Assembly: GCA_036406675.1 (NCBI GenBank)
Contig: DASXAO010000114.1
Coordinates: 1,739-65,738, forward strand
DNA: 64,000 nt
From: Burkholderiales bacterium
GTDB taxonomy: Bacteria; Pseudomonadota; Gammaproteobacteria; Burkholderiales; SG8-39
Reading direction: 5' to 3'
The notes under the pieces are model-generated. The model was not told the origin of the DNA, did not search any database, and saw only the letters and a program-made list of their open reading frames with translations. Within the stretch, counting starts at the first letter, position 1; each line of letters begins with the position of its first letter. The position numbers were made by a program, and so were the translations under genes. This document shows, piece by piece, positions 18,908 through 28,807 of this stretch.

Positions 18908-19413
18908 ATCCCGAGCGCCTGCGCGAATTCTGGAACGAGCGTGCCCCGCGCGAGCGCGCGCTCCTCGCCGGAGGCGGGCTCGCCATCGCGCTGGTCGCGC
19001 TGGTCGTTTTCCTGTGGCAGCCCGGGCTCGCCGCGAGCGGGCGGCTTTCGGCCGCGCTGCCGAAGCTGCGCGCCCAGGTCGAGCTCATGCGGGCGCAGCA
19101 GTCCGAGATCGCGGCGCTGCGCAAAACCGCCCGCGCCGCGGCGCAGGGCGGCGATCTGAGGGTGCTCCTTCAGTCCTCGGTGGGCCGCGCGCCGTTCGCG
19201 AAATCGGTGCAGCGGATCGACGCCGCCTCCGGCGAGCGCGCCACGGTCCTCGTCGGGAGCGCGAACTTCGACGAATGGCTGCGCTGGGTGACCGAAGCCC
19301 AGCGCGAAGCCGGCGCCCGCCTGGAAAGGTGCCGCATCGGCGCGCTGGACACGCCCGGCGCGGTGCGCGCCGAAGCGACCTTCGTCGCCCTGGGGGCCGC
19401 TGCCAAGCGATGA
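18904..19413 (+). CDS. gspM: Type II secretion protein GspM
   Basis: Internal ATG (18904) of ORF 17983..19413 gives MNPERLREFWNERAPRERALLAGGGLAIALVALVVFLW. Its start forms an ATGA overlap with the gspL stop. Confidence 0.8.
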   Translation: MNPERLREFWNERAPRERALLAGGGLAIALVALVVFLWQPGLAASGRLSAALPKLRAQVELMRAQQSEIAALRKTARAAAQGGDLRVLLQSSVGRAPFAKSVQRIDAASGERATVLVGSANFDEWLRWVTEAQREAGARLERCRIGALDTPGAVRAEATFVALGAAAKR

Positions 19414-20165
19414 GCGCTCGCGCGCTGGTTCTGTACGCGGCCTGGGGACTGGCCGCCTACGTGGTCGCTTTCCTCGCCCTTGCGCCTGCCGCGTGGCTCG
19501 CGCAGAGCGTCGAGCGTGCCTCCCAGCAGCGGCTCGAGCTGCGCGATGCCGCGGGCTCGGCCTGGTCGGGCAGCGGGCGGCTCTATGCGCGCACCCGCGC
19601 CGGTGAGTTTCTCGCCCTGGGCTCGGTGCGCTGGAAGAGCCATCCCACGGCGCTGCTGCGCGGCAGGCTGGCCGCCGACATGACCGTCAACGAAAGCCCG
19701 AAACCCATCCGCGTCGAGCTCTCGCCGTACGCCGTGACGTTGAAAGACCTGGCGCTCGAGGTGCCTGCCAAGGCGCTCGGGACGCTCGCGCCTCCGCTCG
19801 AGATCATGGGGCCGAGCGGGCGCGTGCGCGTGCAGTCCGACGACCTGCGGCTGGAAGGCGACTCGGTCCTCGGCCTCGCCACGGTCGAGTGGCGCGATAT
19901 CCGCTTCGCGCGCGCTGCGGGCGTCGAGCTCGGCTCGCAGGTCGCCCGGCTGCGCGGCGCGGGCAGCCGCGTCGACATCGAGCTCGGCACGCTGGACGGG
20001 CCGCTGCGCGTTTCGGGCGGCGGAACGTGGTCGCCGAGCGGCGGCCTCTCGCTTTCGGGCACCGCCGAGCCGCGCCCCGAGGCCGCGGCTACGCTCGTGC
20101 CGTTCCTGCGCGGCGTGTGCCCGGAATTCCGCGACCAGCGCTGCATCTTCCAGATCAAGTACTGA
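19410..20165 (+). CDS. gspN: Type II secretion protein GspN
   Basis: Internal ATG (19410) of ORF 19014..20165 gives a 251-aa protein with an N-terminal TM segment. Its start forms an ATGA overlap with the gspM stop. It is the last gene of the gspG-N operon. Confidence 0.75.
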   Translation: MSARALVLYAAWGLAAYVVAFLALAPAAWLAQSVERASQQRLELRDAAGSAWSGSGRLYARTRAGEFLALGSVRWKSHPTALLRGRLAADMTVNESPKPIRVELSPYAVTLKDLALEVPAKALGTLAPPLEIMGPSGRVRVQSDDLRLEGDSVLGLATVEWRDIRFARAAGVELGSQVARLRGAGSRVDIELGTLDGPLRVSGGGTWSPSGGLSLSGTAEPRPEAAATLVPFLRGVCPEFRDQRCIFQIKY

Positions 20166-20176
20166 AACGGGCGGGC

Positions 20177-20209
20177 AAAAAGAAAAGGGCCGGCTCGGCC
20201 CTTCTTTGT
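20177..20209. terminator. Bidirectional rho-independent terminator
   Basis: Stem GGGCCG (20187-20192), loop GCT, stem CGGCCC (20196-20201). An A-run lies upstream (AAAAAGAAAA) and a T-run downstream (TTCTTTG). It serves gspN on the plus strand and the small-ORF operon on the minus strand. Confidence 0.8.
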
Positions 20210-20300
20210 CCGTCTCTGTGATAAATGCTCGCCGACCGGGCTCCCCTAGCCAGAGGAGGAGGAGGAGGCTTCGGATTCGCCCGGACGGCGAGGCAAGCTG

Positions 20301-20483
20301 TTATGCGGCGTGGACTGCCTTCGACAGCGCGGTTCTCGCGCGCGTCCAGCGTTTGAGCGCTTTGTCGATGCGCAGTTCCCAGCGTTCCGCGGCCGCGATG
20401 TCGTAGGCATAGCGCGAGCGCACCGAGGCCGGCAGGGAAGCGAGGGCGTTTTTCCAGAACGGAGTCATGATTTCGTTACGCAT
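20301..20483 (-). CDS. Small hypothetical protein (60 aa), second gene of an overlapping pair
   Basis: ATG at 20483 is preceded by SD AAGGTGG and gives MRNEIMTPFWKNALASLPASVRSRYAYDIAAAERWELRIDKALKRWTRARTALSKAVHAA. GC3 bias is strong. I recognise no family. Confidence 0.6.
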   Translation of the reverse strand: MRNEIMTPFWKNALASLPASVRSRYAYDIAAAERWELRIDKALKRWTRARTALSKAVHAA

Positions 20484-20694
20484 GGTGTACCACCTTTGCG
20501 ATGAGGGCCGAGTGCGCTCCTGCATAAAGCGAGCGGAAGAGCGCCGCGATGGAGCGGGCCCGGCTGCGACGAGCGAGCTGTTCCAGCGCGTACAATTCCT
20601 CGGCCGTGGGGAGTGGGATTCGGGCCTTTTTCATGCAGTGGAAGATAAGGCCGCGCCGGGCAACAAACAAACGATCGTTTATCAAGTCTTGCAT
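20476..20694 (-). CDS. Small hypothetical protein (72 aa, or 52 aa from ATG 20634), first gene of an overlapping pair
   Basis: ...MKKARIPLPTAEELYALEQLARRSRARSIAALFRSLYAGAHSALIAKVVHHA. Its stop overlaps the next start by 8 nt (ATGCGTAA). The first 20 codons are AT3-rich, so the shorter form is more likely. Confidence 0.5.
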   Translation of the reverse strand: MQDLINDRLFVARRGLIFHCMKKARIPLPTAEELYALEQLARRSRARSIAALFRSLYAGAHSALIAKVVHHA

Positions 20695-20696
20695 AA
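20679..20696. promoter_or_regulatory. AT-rich imperfect palindrome TTATCAAGTCTTGCATAA, candidate LysR-type box in the divergent region
   Basis: TTAT-N10-ATAA lies 34 nt upstream of the LysR start and overlaps the long-form start of the small ORF. It is an AT island in GC-rich DNA. Confidence 0.3.
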
Positions 20697-20729
20697 GAAA
20701 AACTCATCCCTGGGCGTGCGAATTTCCCC

Positions 20730-21671
20730 GTGATCTATCGCCTTCCGCCGCTGAATGCCTTGCGCGTATTCGAGGCCGCCGCGCGCCACTTGTCCTTCAA
20801 GGACGCGGCGAGCGAGCTCTCGATCACGCAGGCCGCGGTGAGCCACCAGATCAAGAGCCTCGAGGAATACCTCGGCGTGGAGCTGTTCCGCCGCGCCGGC
20901 CGGCGGGTGCAGCTCACGGAGTCGGCGCGCGCCTGCCTGCCGCGCCTGCGCGAAGGCTTCGATTCCCTCGCTGCCGCGGTGGAAATGATCCGCGAGCGCG
21001 CCGAGGAGGCCGACCTCCTCATCACCGCGCCGCCGGTGTTCACGGCGCGCTGGCTCATGCCGCGCCTCGCGGACTTCGCCAGGCGCGAGCCCAAAATCGA
21101 GCTGCGCGTGTTCGCTTCGAGCAAGATGGTCGACGCCGGCGCGCTCGACTCGCCCACGCTGGTGAGCGGCCTCGACCTGCGCGAGGACGCCTCGGGCGTC
21201 GAGATCCACCTCGGCGGCGGACACTATCCCGGCTATCGCGCCGACCGGCTCTTCGGCGTATCGATGACCGCGGTGGCGAGCCCCGAGCTCGCCAAGGGCG
21301 ATCCGCCGCTCCGCGAGCCCGCCGACCTCGCGCACCACGTCCTGCTGCACGACGACGCGATGGAGCTCGTCGCCGGCGGCAACGCCTGGCAGCGCTGGCT
21401 CGAGAACGCCGGCGTCGGCGAGCGGGTCGACGCGAGCCGCGGGCCGCGCTTCTCGTCGAACATCCTTTCGCTCGAGGCCGCGTCGCAAAAGCTCGGCGTC
21501 GCGCTCGCGCTCAGGCCCCTGGTCGATTCGGACCTCGCTTCCAACCGGCTGTGCGCGCCGTTCAAGACCGAGATGAAGCCGCAGGCGGCCTATTACCTCG
21601 TCTGCCCCGAGGTCATTGCGGACCGGCCGGCGGTGAGCGCGTTCAGAAAGTGGCTCCTGTCGCAGGTATAA
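20730..21671 (+). CDS. LysR-family transcriptional regulator (GcvA/AmpR-like subgroup)
   Basis: 313 aa with a GTG start. N-terminal wHTH LPPLNALRVFEAAARHLSFKDAASELSITQAAVSHQIKSLEEYLGVELFRR is followed by a LysR substrate-binding domain. Confidence 0.92.
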   Translation: MIYRLPPLNALRVFEAAARHLSFKDAASELSITQAAVSHQIKSLEEYLGVELFRRAGRRVQLTESARACLPRLREGFDSLAAAVEMIRERAEEADLLITAPPVFTARWLMPRLADFARREPKIELRVFASSKMVDAGALDSPTLVSGLDLREDASGVEIHLGGGHYPGYRADRLFGVSMTAVASPELAKGDPPLREPADLAHHVLLHDDAMELVAGGNAWQRWLENAGVGERVDASRGPRFSSNILSLEAASQKLGVALALRPLVDSDLASNRLCAPFKTEMKPQAAYYLVCPEVIADRPAVSAFRKWLLSQV

Positions 21672-21745
21672 TGCCGCCTTCTCCGTAGCAAAAGATTCCA
21701 CCCGCAGCTTCGAACGGCGCCCGGTCGCGCCGGAAAGGTCTTGCC

Positions 21746-22024
21746 GTGGCCAAGGAAGAAATGCTGGAAATGGACGGCACCGTCCAGGAAGTGCTGCCGA
21801 ACACTCAGTTCCGCGTCGAGCTGGAAAACGGCGCGAGCGTGCTCGCCTATGCCGGCGGACGCGTGCGTCAGAACCGGATCCGCATCCTCGCGGGCGACCG
21901 CGTGCGGCTCGAGATGTCGCCGTACGACGTGACGCGTGGCCGCATCAACTATCGCCACAAGGACGAGCGGGCGCCCGTGTTCAATCCTCAGCGAAAGCCG
22001 GCCTACAAGAAACCCCGGCGCTAA
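21746..22024 (+). CDS. infA: Translation initiation factor IF-1 paralog with a basic C-terminal extension
   Basis: [70 protein letters not shown] is an S1-like IF-1 fold. About 20 extra residues follow ([22 protein letters not shown]). The start is GTG. Confidence 0.88.
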   Translation: MAKEEMLEMDGTVQEVLPNTQFRVELENGASVLAYAGGRVRQNRIRILAGDRVRLEMSPYDVTRGRINYRHKDERAPVFNPQRKPAYKKPRR

Positions 22025-22032
22025 GGATTTCG

Positions 22033-22057
22033 TTTCAACCGCCATAAGCGGTTGAAA
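22033..22057 (+). terminator. Stem-loop after infA (TTTCAACCGC-cataa-GCGGTTGAAA), possible terminator/attenuator
   Basis: 10-bp perfect stem beginning 9 nt after the infA stop. No T-run follows, so its function is uncertain. Confidence 0.3.
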
Positions 22058-22080
22058 ACGGGTGCATTTCTTGCGGCGGG

Positions 22081-22110
22081 CTTGATTCCCTTCCCAACCG
22101 CCGCCATTTA
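22081..22110 (+). promoter_or_regulatory. Sigma-32 (RpoH)-like heat-shock promoter upstream of hsp20-lon
   Basis: CTTGAT (22081-22086), a 15-nt spacer, then CGCCATTTA (22102-22110). This compares with the consensus CTTGAA-N13-17-CCCCATNTA as I recall it. The predicted TSS falls at about 22117. Confidence 0.4.
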
Positions 22111-22116
22111 CCGCCC

Positions 22117-22526
22117 GTGAGATCGCGCGATTTTTCCAGCTGGATGTGGGGCGAGGCGCTCTCGCTCCTCGAGCAGGCCGACCGCCTGCACCGCCAATTC
22201 TTCCGCGTCGCTGGCGCGGAATCCGCCCACACCTGGGAGCCCCCGGTCGACGTCGTGGAGTCGGCCGAGCGCCTCGACGTGCACATCGCGCTCCCGGGGG
22301 TGACGCCCGAGTCGATCACGATCGCGCTCGAGCCCGACGCTATCGTCGTGTCGGCGCTGCGGCCGTTCCCGTGCCGCGACACCGGCTCGCAGATCCACCG
22401 CCTGGAGATTCCGTACGGACGCTTCGAGCGGCGGCTCGCGCTGCCGCCCAGCTCGCCGATCGAGCTCTCGGGCAAGCGGCTCGCCGGCGGCGTGCTCACC
22501 CTCTCGTTCCGCAGGAAGGAAGGCGC

Positions 22527-22530
<4 letters not shown>
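22117..22530 (+). CDS. Hsp20/alpha-crystallin family small heat-shock protein
   Basis: 137 aa. WEPPVDVVESAERLDVHIALPGV...ITIALEPDAIVVSA...RLEIPYGRFERRLALP...GVLTLSF matches the alpha-crystallin domain pattern. The start is GTG 22117 or ATG 22144. Confidence 0.85.
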
Positions 22531-24947
<2,417 letters not shown>

Positions 24948-24954
24948 GTTGCGG

Positions 24955-25001
24955 TTGGGTCAGACCCCGGTTTTCACGGGCGGGGTCTGACCCCGATTTT
25001 C
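24955..25001. repeat. Pair of REP-like G-type units (GGGTCAGACCCCGGTTTT / CGGGGTCTGACCCCGATTTTC)
   Basis: Begins 8 nt after the lon stop. The two cores at 24957-24974 and 24981-25001 can pair as GGGTCAGACCCCG / CGGGGTCTGACCC. Confidence 0.85.
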
Positions 25002-25407
25002 TTCGACGGTGTCGAGAAGGCGGATCACGGCCCGTTTTCGCGCTTCGCGCGGGGCGAGCAGCCATCTGCCGGCCTCGGAAACGTGGATCCAGATCGGGGG
25101 ACTGCGAAACCTCCGGTCGGGTGCCGACCGGTCCTTCAAAACCTTGCCCATCGCGGCGCCAGCGTACGCGAAGCGCGCCTGGAAAGCATCTCGCGCCGCG
25201 GCATCGATTCAAGTCCTTGCCAACGCTCGCAGTTTTCCGCCCTGGGCTTGTCAGGCAATCCCGTTCGCGTGTCACCCCCGCCGGCGACGCGCTGTCGACG
25301 CCGGTCCGCTTCCGATTCCGAGGATCGCGACAGCACGAATCCGCGCTCGACGATAGTGGCACGCCCGCGGCCGGCCGATAATCTTTTCGCGGCGAGAAAC
25401 TGCAGGT

Positions 25408-25441
25408 ACAAAAAGAGGGCACGGCCGCTAGCCGTGCCCTC
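25408..25441 (-). terminator. Strong rho-independent terminator (minus strand)
   Basis: 11-bp GC-rich stem GAGGGCACGGC (25415-25425), loop CGCTA, stem GCCGTGCCCTC (25431-25441). On the minus strand it is followed by TTTTTGT (25414-25408). Confidence 0.8.
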
Positions 25442-25690
25442 CGTGAAGCGAAGCGCGATCGACTGCGACTACACCTTGTTTGGCCCTGACGTGGACCGGT
25501 CCCTCGGACTGCATCGTGGATCGGTCTCTCGAACTGGGGCTGGTAACAGCGTGATGGCCGCCCGGTCGTCGCTGTGTAGACTGCGATCTACACAGGTAGC
25601 CATCATGCGGCATGCGCGTCCTACGCGTCTACGACGCGGCATAGTCCGGTAGGACTAGGGCGCGCACCGAAAACCTGGAACGGCCGAAGC

Positions 25691-26068
25691 CTAGAACGCC
25701 ATCTTGATGCCGATCGAGCGGTTCTGCGAGACCGCGCCGATCTCCACCGCCAACACACCGGTGAGGAACAGCGTCCGCCACTCGCTCGGCAGCACATGCG
25801 CCAGCGCGACGGTGCCGACCATGGCGCCGACGAAGTAGGTGTCGACTTTGCCGACTGAGGGCGTGGCCCCGAGCATCGGATTGGTCTCGTTATAGCGGTG
25901 CGTGTTCTTCGCGATGTAGCGCGTTTGCCCCCAATCGACCGCGAGGGCGGCGAGGGTCGCGCCGGCGAGGGCGTAATCGGTCGATTCCCAGGGGTCGGCT
26001 GCCCGGGAGAGCGATGGGACGAAGGCCAAGATCAGAAGCGCGGCTCGAATTTTGGCGATGCAGTCCAT
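25691..26068 (-). CDS. Hypothetical exported/membrane protein (125 aa)
   Basis: Signal-like N-terminus MDCIAKIRAALLILAFVPSLSRA, then hydrophobic segments, a YNETNPMLG motif and a C-terminal aromatic residue (IGIKMAF). I cannot assign a family confidently. Confidence 0.6.
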   Translation of the reverse strand: MDCIAKIRAALLILAFVPSLSRAADPWESTDYALAGATLAALAVDWGQTRYIAKNTHRYNETNPMLGATPSVGKVDTYFVGAMVGTVALAHVLPSEWRTLFLTGVLAVEIGAVSQNRSIGIKMAF

Positions 26069-26185
26069 GGCGGGGGATTGGACCGCATCGGAGCGTGGCG
26101 CGGGGTGAGGATGTGTGAGGGGCGCGCGGCAAAGTCGCGAAAGCGCGCCGCCGCTGAAACTCTTTGACCGGCGCCGCGCCGGCTG

Positions 26186-28171
26186 TTAATCCCTGTCAGG
26201 GACTTCGGCGAGGTTCTTCAGCCAAATGCTTGCATTGCCGTCCGAAGGCGCGCGCCAATCGCCGCGGGGCGAGAGGGAGCCCCCGGAGCCGACCTTCGGC
26301 GAGTTGGGCACCGCGCTGCGCTTGAACTGGCTGGTTTCCAGGAATCGCTTGAGGAACACGCCGAGCCACTTCTTGATCTCCCTCAGCCTGTACTTGCCGC
26401 GCCAGGCGTGCCAGGCGAGGAACGCGATCTTGGTCGGCGCGTAACCGAAGCGCAGCACGTGGTAGAGGTTGAAGTCCTGCAGTTCGTAGGGCCCGACCAC
26501 GCTCTCGGTGGCCTGGTTGCCCGGAACCAGCTCGGGGCTGATCTCGGTTTCGAGGACCCGGCGCAGCGCCCGCTTCACGTCCGGGCCGAGCTCGTCGGAC
26601 TCCGCCACCCAGGCGACCAGGAACTTGATCAGCGTCTTGGGCACGCTGCCGTTCGGGTTGTAGTGCGACATGTGGTCGCCGACGCCGTAGGTCGACCAGC
26701 CGAGCGCGAGCTCGGAGAGGTCACCCGTGCCGACCACCATGCCGCCGTGCAGGTTGGCGAGCCGGAAGAGATGGCTCGTGCGCTCGCCCGCCTGCACGTT
26801 CTCGAACGCGATGTCGTAGACCTTGCGGCCTTTCGCGTAGGGATGGCCGATATCCTTCAGCATCTGCATGCACGAGGGCTTGATGTCGATCTCCTCGGCG
26901 CTGCAGCCGACCGCGCGCATGAGCTGCCAGGCCTGGTTCCGGGTGCGGCTCGAGGTGGCGAAGCCCGGCATGGTGTAGGCGAGGATGTTCTTGCGCGGCA
27001 GCTTGAGGTGATCCATCGCGCGCGCGCATACGAGCAGCGCGTGCGTCGAGTCGAGACCGCCGGAAACGCCGATTACCAGCTTCTTGCCGCCCGTGGCGCG
27101 CATCCGGGTCGCGAGCCCGTTCACCTGGATCCGGAACACTTCCTCGCAGCGGGCGTCGCGTGTTCTGGGATCGCCCGGAACGTAGGGCAGCGGATCCACC
27201 CGCCGCTCCAGCGGCAGCTTTCCTCCCGGGGCGGGCAGCGAGAAATCGAGGGTGCGGAAGCGACGTACGTCCGCCTGGTGGCGCCGTGCCGCGTCGCCGA
27301 AGGTGTTCTGGCGCATGCGGTCGGCGGCGAGGCGTCCGAGGTCGATGTCGGCCGCGGCGAGCTGCGGCGTGTCGGCGAAGCGCCTGGACTCCGCGACCAG
27401 CGTGCCGTTCTCGTAGATGAGCGCATGTCCGTCCCAGGCGAGATCGGTGGTCGATTCCCCCATGCCAGCGGCGCTGTAGAGGTAGGCGGCGAGGCAGCGC
27501 GCCGACTGGTTGCCGACCAGCTGCCGGCGATAGCCCTCCTTGCCGATCACGACGTTCGACGCCGAAAGATTCGCGACCACGGTGGCGCCCGCCAGCGTCG
27601 CGAAAGACGACGGCGGCGTCGGCACCCACAGGTCCTCGCAGATCTCGACGTGCAGAACGAAGCCGGGCTGCTCCGGCACGCGGAAGAGCAGCCCAGCGCC
27701 GAACGCAGTCGACTGCCCGGCGAGCTCGATCTCCGCGCACGCCGCGGCATCGCCGGGGGTGAAGTAGCGCGCCTCGTAGAACTCGCGATAGTTCGGCAGG
27801 TAGGTCTTCGGCACCACGCCTACCAGCCGGCCGCGGCACAAGAGCGCGGCGCAGTTGTAGAGCAGGCCGTTCACCGTCACCGGCAGCCCGACCAGCGCCG
27901 CGATCGGCAGCCGGCGTGTGCGCTCGATCAGCCGCGCGAGGGCGCCCTCGGCCTCGTCGATCAGCGCGCGCTGGTGGAACAGGTCGTCGCAGGTGTAGGC
28001 GGTGAGCCCGAGCTCGGGGAACACCACCAGCGCGGTGCGCTCGGCCGCCGCCCGCTCGATCAGCTCGAGCGTCGCCTCGGCGTTGTGCCGCGGGTCGCCG
28101 ACGCGCACGATCGGCGTCGCCACCGCCACGCGCGCGAAACCGTGCCGGTACAGGTTGAAGAAGTCCTTCAC
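26186..28171 (-). CDS. nadE: Glutamine-dependent NAD(+) synthetase (large form: nitrilase-like domain + NAD synthase domain)
   Basis: 661 aa with a GTG start. The N-terminal CN-hydrolase domain shows [11 protein letters not shown] and the C-terminal domain shows the ATP-PPase motif GVSGGLDST. Confidence 0.92.
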   Translation of the reverse strand: MKDFFNLYRHGFARVAVATPIVRVGDPRHNAEATLELIERAAAERTALVVFPELGLTAYTCDDLFHQRALIDEAEGALARLIERTRRLPIAALVGLPVTVNGLLYNCAALLCRGRLVGVVPKTYLPNYREFYEARYFTPGDAAACAEIELAGQSTAFGAGLLFRVPEQPGFVLHVEICEDLWVPTPPSSFATLAGATVVANLSASNVVIGKEGYRRQLVGNQSARCLAAYLYSAAGMGESTTDLAWDGHALIYENGTLVAESRRFADTPQLAAADIDLGRLAADRMRQNTFGDAARRHQADVRRFRTLDFSLPAPGGKLPLERRVDPLPYVPGDPRTRDARCEEVFRIQVNGLATRMRATGGKKLVIGVSGGLDSTHALLVCARAMDHLKLPRKNILAYTMPGFATSSRTRNQAWQLMRAVGCSAEEIDIKPSCMQMLKDIGHPYAKGRKVYDIAFENVQAGERTSHLFRLANLHGGMVVGTGDLSELALGWSTYGVGDHMSHYNPNGSVPKTLIKFLVAWVAESDELGPDVKRALRRVLETEISPELVPGNQATESVVGPYELQDFNLYHVLRFGYAPTKIAFLAWHAWRGKYRLREIKKWLGVFLKRFLETSQFKRSAVPNSPKVGSGGSLSPRGDWRAPSDGNASIWLKNLAEVPDRD

Positions 28172-28193
28172 CGGCGCATTTTAGCGCACCCGT

Positions 28194-28219
28194 TATATGG
28201 TACTATAAGCCATATATGG
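28194..28219 (+). promoter_or_regulatory. AT-rich operator/promoter-like repeat set TATATGG-N9-CCATATA(TGG) at the 5' end of the TA-like pair
   Basis: 7-bp inverted repeat TATATGG (28194-28200) / CCATATA (28210-28216), with a second direct TATATGG at 28213-28219 that includes the ATG. TACTATAAG in between resembles a -10 element. Confidence 0.4.
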
Positions 28220-28431
28220 TCAGCGAAACCGTGCTGCTCCAGGACGCGATTCTCACGCTGAAGTTCGAGAGCGATTCGAGCTATTGCCTGCGCTACGGCG
28301 ACCTGGTCGAGTACGCGAACGGCCGGCGCCGCGTGCGCGGCAAATCGCTGCCGTACGAGTTCAGGTCGGTCGAGCAGCTGCGCTACGACTTCGAGGAGGA
28401 CGTGCGCGCCGCGGGGGGCTTGCTTGCCTAA
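28216..28431 (+). CDS. Small protein (71 aa), candidate truncated DUF6516/TumE-like toxin partner
   Basis: MVSETVLLQDAILTLKFESDSSYCLRYGDLVEYANGRRRVRGKSLPYEFRSVEQLRYDFEEDVRAAGGLLA. The C-terminal PYxFxSxEQLxxDFxxDV pattern matches what I recall of DUF6516. Its stop overlaps the downstream HTH gene by 8 nt. Confidence 0.55.
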   Translation: MVSETVLLQDAILTLKFESDSSYCLRYGDLVEYANGRRRVRGKSLPYEFRSVEQLRYDFEEDVRAAGGLLA

Positions 28432-28777
28432 GGTCCTCGAAGTCCGAATCGGCCCGGCCGCCGACGCGCTCGACCGCTTCGAGGCGGCGTGGAACCGCCG
28501 CGCCGAGGGTCGCCCCGTGAAGACGCTGAACGTGCTTTCGCTGCCTGGCCTGCCGCAGCTCGCGCAGGCGCTGTCGCCGGCGCGCTGGGCGCTGCTCGAG
28601 GCGCTGCGCCGCTCGGGGCCCGTCTCGATCTACGAGCTGGCGAAGCGCCTGCGGCGCGACTACAAGAATGTGCATACGGATGTGACACAGTTGGCCGCCC
28701 TGGGGGTGATCCTGCGGGGCGGTGACAACCGTGTCCTAGTTCCTTGGGAGGTGTTGCGCGCAGAATGGACCCTCTAG
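28424..28777 (+). CDS. wHTH DNA-binding protein, antitoxin-like (HVO_A0114/TumA-like family)
   Basis: 117 aa with a TTG start. ...ALSPARWALLEALRRSGPVSIYELAKRLRRDYKNVHTDVTQLAALGVILRGGDNRVLVPW is a winged-helix pattern typical of this small regulator family. Confidence 0.7.
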   Translation: MPKVLEVRIGPAADALDRFEAAWNRRAEGRPVKTLNVLSLPGLPQLAQALSPARWALLEALRRSGPVSIYELAKRLRRDYKNVHTDVTQLAALGVILRGGDNRVLVPWEVLRAEWTL

Positions 28778-28807
28778 CTGTCAAAAAGAAAGCGTAGGGT
28801 GGCACCC

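Noticed and set aside
20253-20268. (GAG)5 trinucleotide run between the bidirectional terminator and the small-ORF pair, considered as a phase-variation tract.
   Set aside because: It is short, intergenic, downstream of both transcription units, and not within a promoter spacer or a reading frame. It has no obvious functional consequence.
25428-25613. 61-aa minus-strand ORF (MPHDGYLCRSQSTQRRPGGHH...) within the structured non-coding segment.
   Set aside because: Composition is not protein-like and there is no SD or GC3 bias. The region is better explained as structured RNA upstream of the terminator.
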